Source of the DNA: Gaiellales bacterium
GTDB taxonomy: Bacteria > Actinomycetota > Thermoleophilia > BMS3ABIN01
NCBI GenBank assembly: GCA_003599855.1
Contig: QZKG01000070.1
Location: forward strand, 5,698 to 69,697
Length of the DNA stretch: 64,000 nt
Direction: 5' to 3'
Part shown: piece after piece, positions 9,841-18,738 of the stretch
How positions within the stretch are numbered: position 1 is the first letter of the stretch
Layout of the letters: each line of letters opens with the position of its first letter
The notes under the pieces: generated by a model
The model's database searches: none
The model's input: only the letters and a program-made list of their open reading frames with translations
What the model was told of the DNA's origin: nothing
Made by a program: the position numbers and the translations under genes

Positions 9841-10584
9841 ATGCCATCCGCCGATTACACCAGGTACAGAAGCAGCAGGTTCGTCCGCCGCAGGCCGTTG
9901 ATGAGTCCAGGGCAACATGCGCCAGGCTGCGGCGGGGCCGGAAGCGAGCGTTTTTCCTGGGGGTGGTTCGTGAGAAAAGCGCTGGCCTTGGTGATCCTGG
10001 CCGGCATCGCCCTGTTCCTCTATGCCTGCTGGACCTTCGGCTACGGCTATTACCGGGCGAAAGTCGGACAGGGCGAACTGCGCTCGCTGTTCTCGTTCAC
10101 CGGAGACGGGTCGGTGGACGCCGGTTACGTGCGCGGCGAGGCGGAAGCCATAGCGGCCGGTCTGGCTTACCTCGATCCTGTCGGGGAGATCTCGATACCG
10201 TCCATCAATTGCGACTGGATGATCGTCGAAGGGTCCGACGACGGAGCGCTGTCCCGCGGTCCAGGGCATATCCAGGAGACCCAGCTGCCGGGGATGGGCG
10301 GCAACTTCGCCGTTGCGGGCGACCGCGTGCTCTACGGCGCCCCCTTCCTCGACCTGGATGACGTCGTGGTCGGCGACGAGGTGACCGTACGGATGCCATA
10401 TGCCACCTTCGTGTACCGCGTCAATGAGACCTTCATCGTCACCCCTGACGACACGAGTGTCCTCAGGCCGGTGGGCTACGATGCCATCACCCTGCTCACC
10501 TGCGACCCGCCCTGGGACGTCAAGCAGCGGATCGTGGTGAGGGGAGAGCTCACAGATATCCTCCCGGCCGGGACGGGCGCCTGA
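9841..10584 (+). CDS. Sortase (class E/D-like) with the catalytic His position occupied by Asp
   Basis: N-terminal TM helix, GPGH, GNFAVAGDRVLYGAPF, TLLTCDP, RIVVRG. GGGAGG RBS precedes ATG 9841. Confidence 0.85.
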   Translation: MPSADYTRYRSSRFVRRRPLMSPGQHAPGCGGAGSERFSWGWFVRKALALVILAGIALFLYACWTFGYGYYRAKVGQGELRSLFSFTGDGSVDAGYVRGEAEAIAAGLAYLDPVGEISIPSINCDWMIVEGSDDGALSRGPGHIQETQLPGMGGNFAVAGDRVLYGAPFLDLDDVVVGDEVTVRMPYATFVYRVNETFIVTPDDTSVLRPVGYDAITLLTCDPPWDVKQRIVVRGELTDILPAGTGA

Positions 10585-10613
10585 CCGGATGCAGCCGGGA
10601 CGGGCCGAAAAAA

Positions 10614-13307
10614 CTAACGCCCGTTGCCTGTCAGTCGCACCACCAGCAGGGCGATGTCATCCCTGAGCGCCCCTCCCGCATATTCGATGGCCTCGTCGAT
10701 GAGCGCCTGGGCGATGGACTGGGATGCCTCATCGCCATTCCTGTCGACGCAGTCCAGTATCCGCTGTTCGCCGAAGGGCGCGTCGTCGGACTGCCTCGCC
10801 TCGAGCAGGCCATCGGTATACATCACCAGCACGTCCGACGGGGATACCGGCGCCTGCGTGGACAGGAATTTCTGGTCCGGGATGACCCCCAACGGCACTG
10901 CCGGCTCAGAGAGAAGCAACGACGCCTTGCCCCTGCGCGTCAGGACCGGCGGCGGGTGCCCGGCCGAGGAATAATACATCTGTGACGAGCTGTTATCGAT
11001 GAGCGCCAGGCCGACGGTGACGAATTTCTCTATCGACACCTGGTTATGGATGTTGTGGTTGAGCCGGGTGAGGCAGTCGCCGGGATGCATCCCTTCGCCG
11101 AGGTAGGCGCGCAGCATGTACTTGATCATGGCGGTATAGGTGGCGGCGGCGAGCCCCTTGCCACAGACGTCGCCGACGACCAGGGCGATCCGGCCCTGGT
11201 CCAGCTCGATGAAATCATAGAAGTCGCCGCCGACCTTGCCCAGTTGCCCCGCAGACTGGTACAGAAGACCCACGTCGATGTCGTCGCGAGACGGCGGCTC
11301 CGGCAGCAAAGCGTCCTGGAGCGTCTCGGCCACGACGTGCTCCCGCTCGAAGTTCTCGGCGCTCACGAGGGCGACGGAGCTCTGGGCCGCCAGCAGGGAG
11401 ATGATCTCCTCGTCGCTGCTCGTGAACTCCGAGCCCTCTGCCTTGTCGCTGAGCATGAACAGGCCCCGGGCCCGCCCCTTGGTATCACGGATGACGCCGG
11501 CCAGCAGGCCGCGCAGGCCGATATGCCCTGCCGGCAGCCCTTCGAAGGCATGGCCGGCATCCAGCCTCACTGTGCTGGTCTCCCTGTCGGCAAGCAGGCG
11601 GGAAAAGCGCTGATGCAGGCTGGAAGCGTCGGTCTCGACGGCGCACCGCTGGCTGTTCCAGGGCGCGTAGTGGCTGGAGACGATGGTCGATTTCCCCTCT
11701 TCTGTCAGGGTCATGATCCCGAAACCGGCGGCGGTCAGCTCGGCAGCCGCTTTGAGCACCGTCCGCAATAGCTTGTACTTGTCTGTCTCGCGGTTGAGGG
11801 ACAGCCCGACGTCGTGGAGGACCGAGAGCTGGTTGGCGTAATTCTGGCAGATGCTCCTGCTCTCGAGTTCGTCACTGAAGAGCGCGGCGTTCTTCAGTGA
11901 GAGGGAGACGACCGTGGCCAGCTTCCCGGCGAAATCCAGTTCAGCAGGGAACAGGGACCTGCCGCTCTCCCTGTAGCCGACTGCCAGCACGCCCATGACC
12001 TCATCCTGCGCGTGCAGGGGGATGAGCAGCAGCGACCCCAGCCCCATCGATTCGATGTTGTCCAGGCTTGCCTGGGCCGGGGGGGACGCTACCCTCGGAG
12101 CGCCGCCGGCCATGGCTTCGTCGAAGAGGGCAGCCTCCTCGCGGTTCAGGAGGGTCCCCCTGTAGCTGGCAGCCACACCGTAGACATGGCTGACGGACCA
12201 CCCCTGAGCGTCACTGCTGGCCACAAAGGCCTGGCCGGAACCCAGGGCGCGGGACGCCTCCACCATCGTCGCATCGATGATGCGCTCGATCTCCAGGGAG
12301 GACCCGATGATCCCGTAGATGCTGTTGAGAGCGTCGCTGAGCTGCTCGTATCGCCTGCGGCTGGTGATGTCGCGGATGATGCCGGTGAAGAAGGTTCCCT
12401 CCATCGTCTTCCAGTAAGAGAGTGACAGTTCCAGGGGGAACTCGCTGCCGTCCTTGCGGAGGCCGTGCATCTCGACGGTCCTTCCGATGACCCGGGGCAC
12501 GCCGGTCTGAAGGAACTCCCGCATGGCGCGCTGGTGGACGTCGCGGTACAGCTCGGGCATCAACATCGTGAGGTCCTGGCCGAGCACCTCAGCTTCCTCA
12601 TAACCGAAGATCTGGCGGGCGCCGTTGTTCCAGGAAACCATGCGGCCCTTCTCGTCAGCAGATATGATCGCGTCGTTGGCCGACTGGGCCAGGGACCGGA
12701 AACGCTCCTCGCTTCTCTCCAGAGACTTGACCGAGTAGTCATTGGCCAGCGCCACGGCGGCGAGTTCACCAAATACCGTAGCCAGCCTGGCATCGTTGTC
12801 GTTGAAGCCGTCCGGCTTGTTGGCGAGGCCCATCAGGCCCACCACCCGGTCATCCAGCATCAGCGGCGCGAACATCACGTTTTGCAGGTCCACATGGCCG
12901 GCAGGCATGAACTCCTGCCAGGGGCTGCCGGCGAAATCGTTTTCGTAGGCGACCCTGCCGCTGGCATACACCTCCCCGCGCAGGCCGCGGAAAGGCATGG
13001 GCAGCTCCGGGTCGACGGTGCAGGGCAGGCCGCCGGAATCCAGGAATACGACATCGACATCAGCACCGTCTTCGCTGACCAGGGCGACATAACCGCTGGT
13101 CGCGCCTGTGAGTTCCCTGGCGATGTCGAAGATTGAGTGCGCCGCGTCGCTGAAACTCTTGAATTCGGAGACAGACCGGGAGGCCGTGAGCAGCGCCGCT
13201 ATCTCCAGGTCGTGCTGACTTATCTCGCGGGCGAGTTTTTCTGTCTGCTCCCGGGATTCGCGGAGCTGCTCCAGCAGTTGCCGGCGTGTCCTGAGCCTGT
13301 CGATCAT
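10614..13307 (-). CDS. GAF-PAS-GAF-GAF sensor fused to a SpoIIE/RsbU-type PP2C phosphatase
   Basis: VGGDFYD, VGDVCGKG, SSAGHPPP, YTDGLLE and DDIAL motifs, plus a PAS/PAC segment (GLRKDGSEFPLELSLS). Confidence 0.9.
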   Translation of the reverse strand: MIDRLRTRRQLLEQLRESREQTEKLAREISQHDLEIAALLTASRSVSEFKSFSDAAHSIFDIARELTGATSGYVALVSEDGADVDVVFLDSGGLPCTVDPELPMPFRGLRGEVYASGRVAYENDFAGSPWQEFMPAGHVDLQNVMFAPLMLDDRVVGLMGLANKPDGFNDNDARLATVFGELAAVALANDYSVKSLERSEERFRSLAQSANDAIISADEKGRMVSWNNGARQIFGYEEAEVLGQDLTMLMPELYRDVHQRAMREFLQTGVPRVIGRTVEMHGLRKDGSEFPLELSLSYWKTMEGTFFTGIIRDITSRRRYEQLSDALNSIYGIIGSSLEIERIIDATMVEASRALGSGQAFVASSDAQGWSVSHVYGVAASYRGTLLNREEAALFDEAMAGGAPRVASPPAQASLDNIESMGLGSLLLIPLHAQDEVMGVLAVGYRESGRSLFPAELDFAGKLATVVSLSLKNAALFSDELESRSICQNYANQLSVLHDVGLSLNRETDKYKLLRTVLKAAAELTAAGFGIMTLTEEGKSTIVSSHYAPWNSQRCAVETDASSLHQRFSRLLADRETSTVRLDAGHAFEGLPAGHIGLRGLLAGVIRDTKGRARGLFMLSDKAEGSEFTSSDEEIISLLAAQSSVALVSAENFEREHVVAETLQDALLPEPPSRDDIDVGLLYQSAGQLGKVGGDFYDFIELDQGRIALVVGDVCGKGLAAATYTAMIKYMLRAYLGEGMHPGDCLTRLNHNIHNQVSIEKFVTVGLALIDNSSSQMYYSSAGHPPPVLTRRGKASLLLSEPAVPLGVIPDQKFLSTQAPVSPSDVLVMYTDGLLEARQSDDAPFGEQRILDCVDRNGDEASQSIAQALIDEAIEYAGGALRDDIALLVVRLTGNGR

Positions 13308-13411
13308 GCTTGCGCTGCCTTCCAGGGGCAGAACCCTGGCCAGCTTACCGGCTGGTTCTCCAGCAGATCGGCATCCAGTCGCGCTTCCCCTGTGACGATC
13401 CTGACCCTCAT
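13304..13411 (-). CDS. 35-aa ORF translationally coupled to the PP2C sensor gene (leader peptide or gene remnant)
   Basis: AGGAGG RBS and TACAAT -10 upstream. Its TGA overlaps the next ATG. Confidence 0.4.
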   Translation of the reverse strand: MRVRIVTGEARLDADLLENQPVSWPGFCPWKAAQA

Positions 13412-13510
13412 CGAGCCTCCTGTTCGCGATGTCATATCATTGTATGCGCGGCCGCGCTTCGGCTCAAATCGGCAGGGATGGCAATGGCGGCGGCGTTCCC
13501 CGGCTGGCAT

Positions 13511-13550
13511 AAAAAAGCCCCTGCCGCGCTCCGCCCAGGCAGGGGCTTTT
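13511..13550. terminator. Intrinsic terminator downstream of the superoxide reductase gene (bidirectional-type)
   Basis: AAAAAAGCCCCTGCC...GGCAGGGGCTTTT inverted repeat. Confidence 0.75.
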
Positions 13551-13606
13551 GCCCTGACGGGCAAACCCGGTACCCCGCAGGCGCAGCCGCAGGGGCCGCC
13601 GCGCCG

Positions 13607-13966
13607 TCAGAGCGACAGTTCGACGCTGTTGGTCCAGTCGCCGTGCAGGTTGCAGCGCTCATACGCCCTCAACCTGCCGGGACCATCGACCCTGACGGAA
13701 AAGGTAACCTTGGGGTCGGTGTAGCCCCAGGTGAGGTCACACCTGCTCAGGAACCTGTCATCCAGGTAGAGGTCGATGAACTCGATGTGGTGTTCCGCTT
13801 CGTTGGGATGGGCCATCTGCTCGCCGACCCAAACCGTCACCTCGAAGAACTCGCCCGCCCTCGGCGTGCCGCCGATATGGATCATCGGCACGTGCTTCTT
13901 CTCGAGGTCAGTCATGTTGGCGAAATCCTTCACCTCGTTGATGCTGGTGGCTTGCTCGATACTCAT
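13607..13966 (-). CDS. Superoxide reductase (neelaredoxin/class II desulfoferrodoxin-like)
   Basis: EKKHVP, HPNEAEHHIEFI and CNLHG iron ligands. GGAGG RBS before ATG 13966. Confidence 0.9.
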   Translation of the reverse strand: MSIEQATSINEVKDFANMTDLEKKHVPMIHIGGTPRAGEFFEVTVWVGEQMAHPNEAEHHIEFIDLYLDDRFLSRCDLTWGYTDPKVTFSVRVDGPGRLRAYERCNLHGDWTNSVELSL

Positions 13967-14121
13967 ATGCTCCTCCATTCAGCCTGTTTTGTTCCCCTTG
14001 ATACGTTGCTTGTAATAACCGGTTACCCTTGAGCTGGTCCGTTGAAACCGGTGATTCCGGTTAAAAATCACGGCGATGGGTAAAAAAGTAGTCAGACTGA
14101 CAACGAACAGGGAGGAATTTG

Positions 14122-14616
14122 ATGCAAAGGTGTACCGTGTGCGGCCAGATCATGCTACCGGGGCAGGACCCCGACAAGTGTCCCATGTGCGGCGCCCCCA
14201 GGACCAAGTTCGAGCCGTTCAGCGGCGTCGAGGGGATCGCCGGGACGAAGACGGAGGAGAACCTCAAGGCGGCCTTCGCCGGCGAGTCCCAGGCTAACCG
14301 GCGCTACCTCGCTTTCGCCCAGGCGGCCCGGGCGGCCGGAGCCGACGACATCGCCGCCATCTTCGAGGAGGCGGCGTCCGACGAGACGCTCCATGCCCAC
14401 GCCCATCTGGCTTATCTGGGCGGCATCGGTGAGTCTGCTGACAACCTCAAGGCAGCGCTGGCAGGGGAGACCTACGAGAAGGAGAGCATGTACCCCGAGT
14501 TCATCGCCACGGCTGAGGAAGAGGGGTTCGACCAGGTGGCTCAATACCTCAAGTCGGTGGCCGGCGACGAGGGGCGCCACGCGCTCAAGTACCAGAAGAT
14601 GCTCGAAGGGAGCTAG
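14122..14616 (+). CDS. Rubrerythrin-family protein with an N-terminal rubredoxin-like domain
   Basis: CTVC...CPMC followed by the diiron motifs GESQANRRY, DETLH, GETYE and DEGRH. Confidence 0.9.
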   Translation: MQRCTVCGQIMLPGQDPDKCPMCGAPRTKFEPFSGVEGIAGTKTEENLKAAFAGESQANRRYLAFAQAARAAGADDIAAIFEEAASDETLHAHAHLAYLGGIGESADNLKAALAGETYEKESMYPEFIATAEEEGFDQVAQYLKSVAGDEGRHALKYQKMLEGS

Positions 14617-14645
14617 GCGCGGGGCTGAAGCTCCCGCGCGCGGCT

Positions 14646-15263
14646 TCAGTGGTGCGGGCCGGCCACCTGGATCATGGCCTCGGCTGTCAGTATCAGCGTC
14701 GCCCAGATGGCGTCCACGGGGAAGTGCTCCGGGGCGGTGTCGTCGATCAGCATCTGGCAGCGGGCCGGGAACTCCAGGTCGCCGACCCAGAGGATGATAG
14801 TGACCGGCATCCGCGGCAGCGTGGGGACCCGCACCGCGGCATCACCCTGCTCAACCTTCTCGGCCTGCAGTTCCTTCCCCGCGCGCAGGAAGTTGTCAGG
14901 GTTTGAGCCGAAATGGTGGGCCAGGACTTCGAGGGGCAGCTCGTGCGGCCCCTTGAAGAACGCCTGTCCTCCCGGAACGGATTGGGGCGCGATCAGCCTG
15001 CCGCTGGGGATGACGTCGCGGCATGACGCCACGTAGAGCGGGGCGATCAGGCTGAAGTGGGTGGAATCACCGGCATGGAAGTGGTGGTGCGGGCCGATCT
15101 CGCGGACCTGCCGCTGCTGGATGTCGACCACGAAGGGAGCCTTGAACACCTCCAGCACGAAGGCGTCCTCTTCCTCCCAGTATTCCAGGTCGCAGCGTTC
15201 GGCGATCTCCTGCGGGTCCATCGCCTCCAGCTTCTCCCATGCTGTCTTTTCACCGGCAAGCAT
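14646..15263 (-). CDS. DUF3786 domain protein
   Basis: GGQAFFKGPH and LPRMPVTIILWVGDLEFPARCQMLID pattern typical of DUF3786. Confidence 0.75.
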   Translation of the reverse strand: MLAGEKTAWEKLEAMDPQEIAERCDLEYWEEEDAFVLEVFKAPFVVDIQQRQVREIGPHHHFHAGDSTHFSLIAPLYVASCRDVIPSGRLIAPQSVPGGQAFFKGPHELPLEVLAHHFGSNPDNFLRAGKELQAEKVEQGDAAVRVPTLPRMPVTIILWVGDLEFPARCQMLIDDTAPEHFPVDAIWATLILTAEAMIQVAGPHH

Positions 15264-15356
15264 GGGGACAGGATATCACAGCGCGGCCGCGGCGGCTGAC
15301 GGTCGCGGGCGGCTGTGATAGATTTGCATCGTCCAACGGCTGAAGGAGATGGCTCG

Positions 15357-16022
15357 ATGTCGCTGCTGACCCGAAACCTCGACCTGTTCGACCCCCTGGA
15401 CGCCGAGATCGGCGAGCGGGGCGAGATGGCCGGACAGCTGGAGGTCATCGCTGGCCACGTCAAGCGTTGCCAGGACTGTGGCCTGCACCGCACGCGGACG
15501 CATGCGGTGCCCGGGGAGGGGGACGCGTCGTCGGGCCTGATGATCGTGGGCGAGGGCCCGGGGGAGAACGAGGACCTGCAGGGCAGGCCGTTCGTCGGCA
15601 AGGCGGGGGAGATGCTGGACCGGATACTCGTCGCCGCGGAGATAGAGCGACCGTCGGTCTTCATCACCAACGTGGTGAAATGCCGCGCCTGCGAGATGGT
15701 GGAGGGGCGGCTGCAGAATCGCGCCCCCCACATGAATGAGATCAACGCCTGCCGCCCCTACCTGGTGCGCCAGGTGGAGGTCATCCAGCCCCGGGTCATC
15801 CTCTGCCTGGGGGCGCCCGCGGGCCGGTCGGTCATCGACAGCGGCTTCAACATCACCGAGCAGCGGGGCCAATGGTTCGAAGGGCCTTACGGTTCGCGCA
15901 TCATCGCCACCTTCCATCCCGCATTCATACTGCGTCGCGGCGGCGCCGGCTCGGGCGCCAGGGACCTCAAGAAGATGGTCTGGGAGGATATCCAGAAGGT
16001 GCTGGCTTACCTTTCAGGCTGA
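15357..16022 (+). CDS. Uracil-DNA glycosylase family 4 (4Fe-4S)
   Basis: CQDCGL, VGEGPG, GRPFVG, NVVKCR and TFHPA motifs. AAGGAG RBS. Confidence 0.92.
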   Translation: MSLLTRNLDLFDPLDAEIGERGEMAGQLEVIAGHVKRCQDCGLHRTRTHAVPGEGDASSGLMIVGEGPGENEDLQGRPFVGKAGEMLDRILVAAEIERPSVFITNVVKCRACEMVEGRLQNRAPHMNEINACRPYLVRQVEVIQPRVILCLGAPAGRSVIDSGFNITEQRGQWFEGPYGSRIIATFHPAFILRRGGAGSGARDLKKMVWEDIQKVLAYLSG

Positions 16023-16246
16023 CCGCTTTCCCCGGCCTCTTCTTCCAGGCCTTCGCCTTCCTTGAGCCGGCGCTCCTCTTCCCGTTCGCGCATCTTCCTG
16101 ATCAGCTGCTGGCGGTCACGCTGGCCTTCATGCCCGCCCTCGCCCTTCCTGTTCGCGGCCGCCTTCTCCGAGGGCGGTTGCTGGAAACCGTGCTGCTCGC
16201 TCTGGGCCGCGCGGTTCCTCTTCTTTCCCGCTGCCTTGCCGCTCAT
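16007..16246 (-). CDS. Small charged hypothetical protein
   Basis: GGAGGT RBS before the ATG. Low-complexity charged sequence. Confidence 0.5.
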   Translation of the reverse strand: MSGKAAGKKRNRAAQSEQHGFQQPPSEKAAANRKGEGGHEGQRDRQQLIRKMREREEERRLKEGEGLEEEAGESGQPER

Positions 16247-16307
16247 TACTACCTCCCGGGATAGTATGACGCTCCCTGCTGATACTATTTCCGGAAACGG
16301 GGTTTTT

Positions 16308-16562
16308 CTACCAGCCCTTCAGCCCGCGGAGGAAGTCGTCGACCTTGCCGTCCAGCTGGCTCAGGTCGGCCTGGGCCTGGCTGATCCTGTGGCTGAGCTG
16401 CCGGCGCCAGTACTCGACGAACTTGCGGAAGTCGGGCAGGTCGATGGAGATCTCGTGCATCAGGCTGCCTCCGAGGTGGATGTTCTCCTCATCCATGAAG
16501 GCGAACACCTCTTCAGCCCGGATGTCGAACTCCTTGCAGATCGATTCGACGGTTATCTTCAT
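16308..16562 (-). CDS. Hypothetical protein (84 aa, C-terminal coiled coil)
   Basis: Gene-like codon usage from MKITVESICKEF. TATAAT upstream. Confidence 0.6.
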   Translation of the reverse strand: MKITVESICKEFDIRAEEVFAFMDEENIHLGGSLMHEISIDLPDFRKFVEYWRRQLSHRISQAQADLSQLDGKVDDFLRGLKGW

Positions 16563-16684
16563 GTGTGATGGTTTTGATGGTTTCCAGGGATGTACCATTA
16601 TAATGTATGAGCACACGCGCGTTTCAAGAGGAGAAACGTGGCTGCGGACATCAGCGGTTCGTGCCGGAAGGGAGCTGAGGGTCA

Positions 16685-17350
16685 ATGTGCGGTCGTTTCA
16701 CGCCGATCCCCAGGCCTCAGGTCCTGGAGGATATCAGCAGGGAGCTGGGTATCGATGTGGCCGAAGCGGTGGGCGCTCCCCCGGAACCGGAGGGCGATAT
16801 TCTCGGCCCCGGCCAGTGTCTGCCGTTCCGGGATATCGACGCGCTCCACGCCGCGGACGACGGCCGCATCATCCTGCGCCCGATGCAATGGCAGCTGATC
16901 CATGGCTGGAACCGCGAGTTCAGGTCCGACTACACCAGCTTCAACACCCGCGTCGAGAAGCTTGACAGGCCGCACAACCGGGAGCTCCTCATCCACCGGC
17001 GCTGCATCGTGCCCGTGCGGGAGTTCTTCGAGAACCGCAAGGAGGGAGGCCGTGCGGTGAGGCCGAGGGAATCCTACCATTTCACGCTCAAGGGCCGGGC
17101 GATGATCCCCCTGGGCGGCATCTATTCCATCTGGACCAATCCCGAAGACGCGGACGACCGGCGCTATAGCTGCAGCGTCATCACCATGGAGCCCAACGAG
17201 CTGATCGCGGAGATACACAACCGCATGCCTTTCATATTGCCACGCGAGGACGTCGCGACCTGGCTGGACCCCGGGATGACGGATTTCGGGGTCCTGCTGG
17301 ACATGATCGGACCATATGACCCGCAGAAGATGTCGCGCGAGCGGGAGTGA
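16685..17350 (+). CDS. SOS response-associated peptidase (SRAP/YedK/HMCES family, abasic-site protection)
   Basis: N-terminal MCGRF, RCIVP..FFE and IHNRMP. Confidence 0.9.
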   Translation: MCGRFTPIPRPQVLEDISRELGIDVAEAVGAPPEPEGDILGPGQCLPFRDIDALHAADDGRIILRPMQWQLIHGWNREFRSDYTSFNTRVEKLDRPHNRELLIHRRCIVPVREFFENRKEGGRAVRPRESYHFTLKGRAMIPLGGIYSIWTNPEDADDRRYSCSVITMEPNELIAEIHNRMPFILPREDVATWLDPGMTDFGVLLDMIGPYDPQKMSRERE

Positions 17351-17414
17351 GGCGCAGCCAGGGCCGCTGCCCTGGCAAGGTTCCTGTTAGCCAAGCGAGT
17401 TGAAGGAGAGTTCG

Positions 17415-18161
17415 ATGAGGAAATACAGCTGGCAGCTGACCCTGGGCGCGGGGCTGGTCGCCCTTTCCGCCCTGCTCTACTTCATCCACTACCTCATCTT
17501 CAGGGATACGCATCATATCGCCATCTACTTCCTGGGCGACGTGGCCTTTGTGCCCATCGAGGTGCTGCTGGTGACGCTCATCATCGAGGAGGTTCTCAGC
17601 AAGCGGGAGAAACGGATCAGTGACCGCAACCTGCAGATGATGGTAGGTGTCTTCTACCACGAGGTCGGCGCCAGCCTGCTCAAGCTGATGCGCCATTACA
17701 TGCCGGCGGCAGCGGAGCTCAACCGCCACCTGGAGCCCGCGGCGATGGTCGAATGGAGCGAGACGGACTATGCTCGCAAGATCAGGGAGGTGGAGGGCAT
17801 AGATACCACTTTCCTCTGCGAGGGATGCGACCTGACCCCGCTGAGGGATTTCCTCAACCGCAACCAGGAACTGCTGCTGCGCATGCTGGAGAACCCCAAC
17901 CTGTCGGGCAACGACGAGCTGGCCAGTATGCTATGGGCGATCACGCACATCTCGGACGAACTCCACGTGCGGCCTCATATCGAGAACCTCGGACACGAGG
18001 ACGCCCAGCATGTTAAGGGTGACTTCTCCCGTGCTTACGACCTGCTGCTGGTAGAGTGGTTGAAATACGTGGTGCACCTGAAGCGGGAGTACCCCTTCAT
18101 GTACCTGGCGGCATTGCGCTACGGCCCGTTCGCTCCCGGGGAAGACGACCGGCCTGCCTGA
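17415..18161 (+). CDS. Conserved hypothetical membrane protein (2 N-terminal TM helices)
   Basis: AAGGAG RBS, TM helices, LLRMLENPNL and HLKREYPFMY. Confidence 0.7.
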   Translation: MRKYSWQLTLGAGLVALSALLYFIHYLIFRDTHHIAIYFLGDVAFVPIEVLLVTLIIEEVLSKREKRISDRNLQMMVGVFYHEVGASLLKLMRHYMPAAAELNRHLEPAAMVEWSETDYARKIREVEGIDTTFLCEGCDLTPLRDFLNRNQELLLRMLENPNLSGNDELASMLWAITHISDELHVRPHIENLGHEDAQHVKGDFSRAYDLLLVEWLKYVVHLKREYPFMYLAALRYGPFAPGEDDRPA

Positions 18162-18210
18162 ACGGGCCGATGTCAGCCGCGGGGGCCGCCCGGCCGCAGG
18201 TGGAACGCAA

Positions 18211-18738
18211 TCAATCCAGGTAACCTGAATGGACGAGTCGCCTGGAGTAGATCGTGGCTACCACCAGGATCAGCAGGTCCGGGAGGTAGAAGAGCAGTTG
18301 GTCCGGGTCCAGATGCCAGCTCCTCGTGACGATGGCGAAGAGCGCATGAGCCGCTACCAGCAGGCCGGTGGCGGCCAGGAAAAGCACATAGCTGTACTTG
18401 CGGTAGCGCAGCAGGGATATGCCGCCGATGACAGCCAGGGCGCTGACCGCCCGGTACAGGGCGCTGAACAGGTAATCTGCCGCAGTGAGGTCCTCTTCCA
18501 GCGCAATCAGGCCAGAGAGGAGCATGATTGTGAGGACGATGGCGTAGGCGCCGTTAAGGATGAGGTAGATGCTGATTATCCAGACCAGGAACGGGCGAGC
18601 GGGCCTGTCGCCGGCCTGCCCGGTGTCTGTCTCAGCCATGCTCGAAGCCTCCGTGTCCGGGTGTCGGTCGCCGGCCGGCGCCGCCGCGGCGCGCCGCTTT
18701 CTTGCGGCAATCTTCTTCCTGGCGCGTTTATTGCTCAT
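18211..18738 (-). CDS. Hypothetical 4-TM membrane protein
   Basis: Basic N-terminus followed by four hydrophobic helices. Confidence 0.6.
   Translation of the reverse strand: MSNKRARKKIAARKRRAAAAPAGDRHPDTEASSMAETDTGQAGDRPARPFLVWIISIYLILNGAYAIVLTIMLLSGLIALEEDLTAADYLFSALYRAVSALAVIGGISLLRYRKYSYVLFLAATGLLVAAHALFAIVTRSWHLDPDQLLFYLPDLLILVVATIYSRRLVHSGYLD

Noticed and set aside
16563..16684. LexA box upstream of the SRAP gene
   Set aside because: No GAAC-N4-GTTC match. Only a short CGTTTC-N7-GAAACG repeat of unknown meaning.
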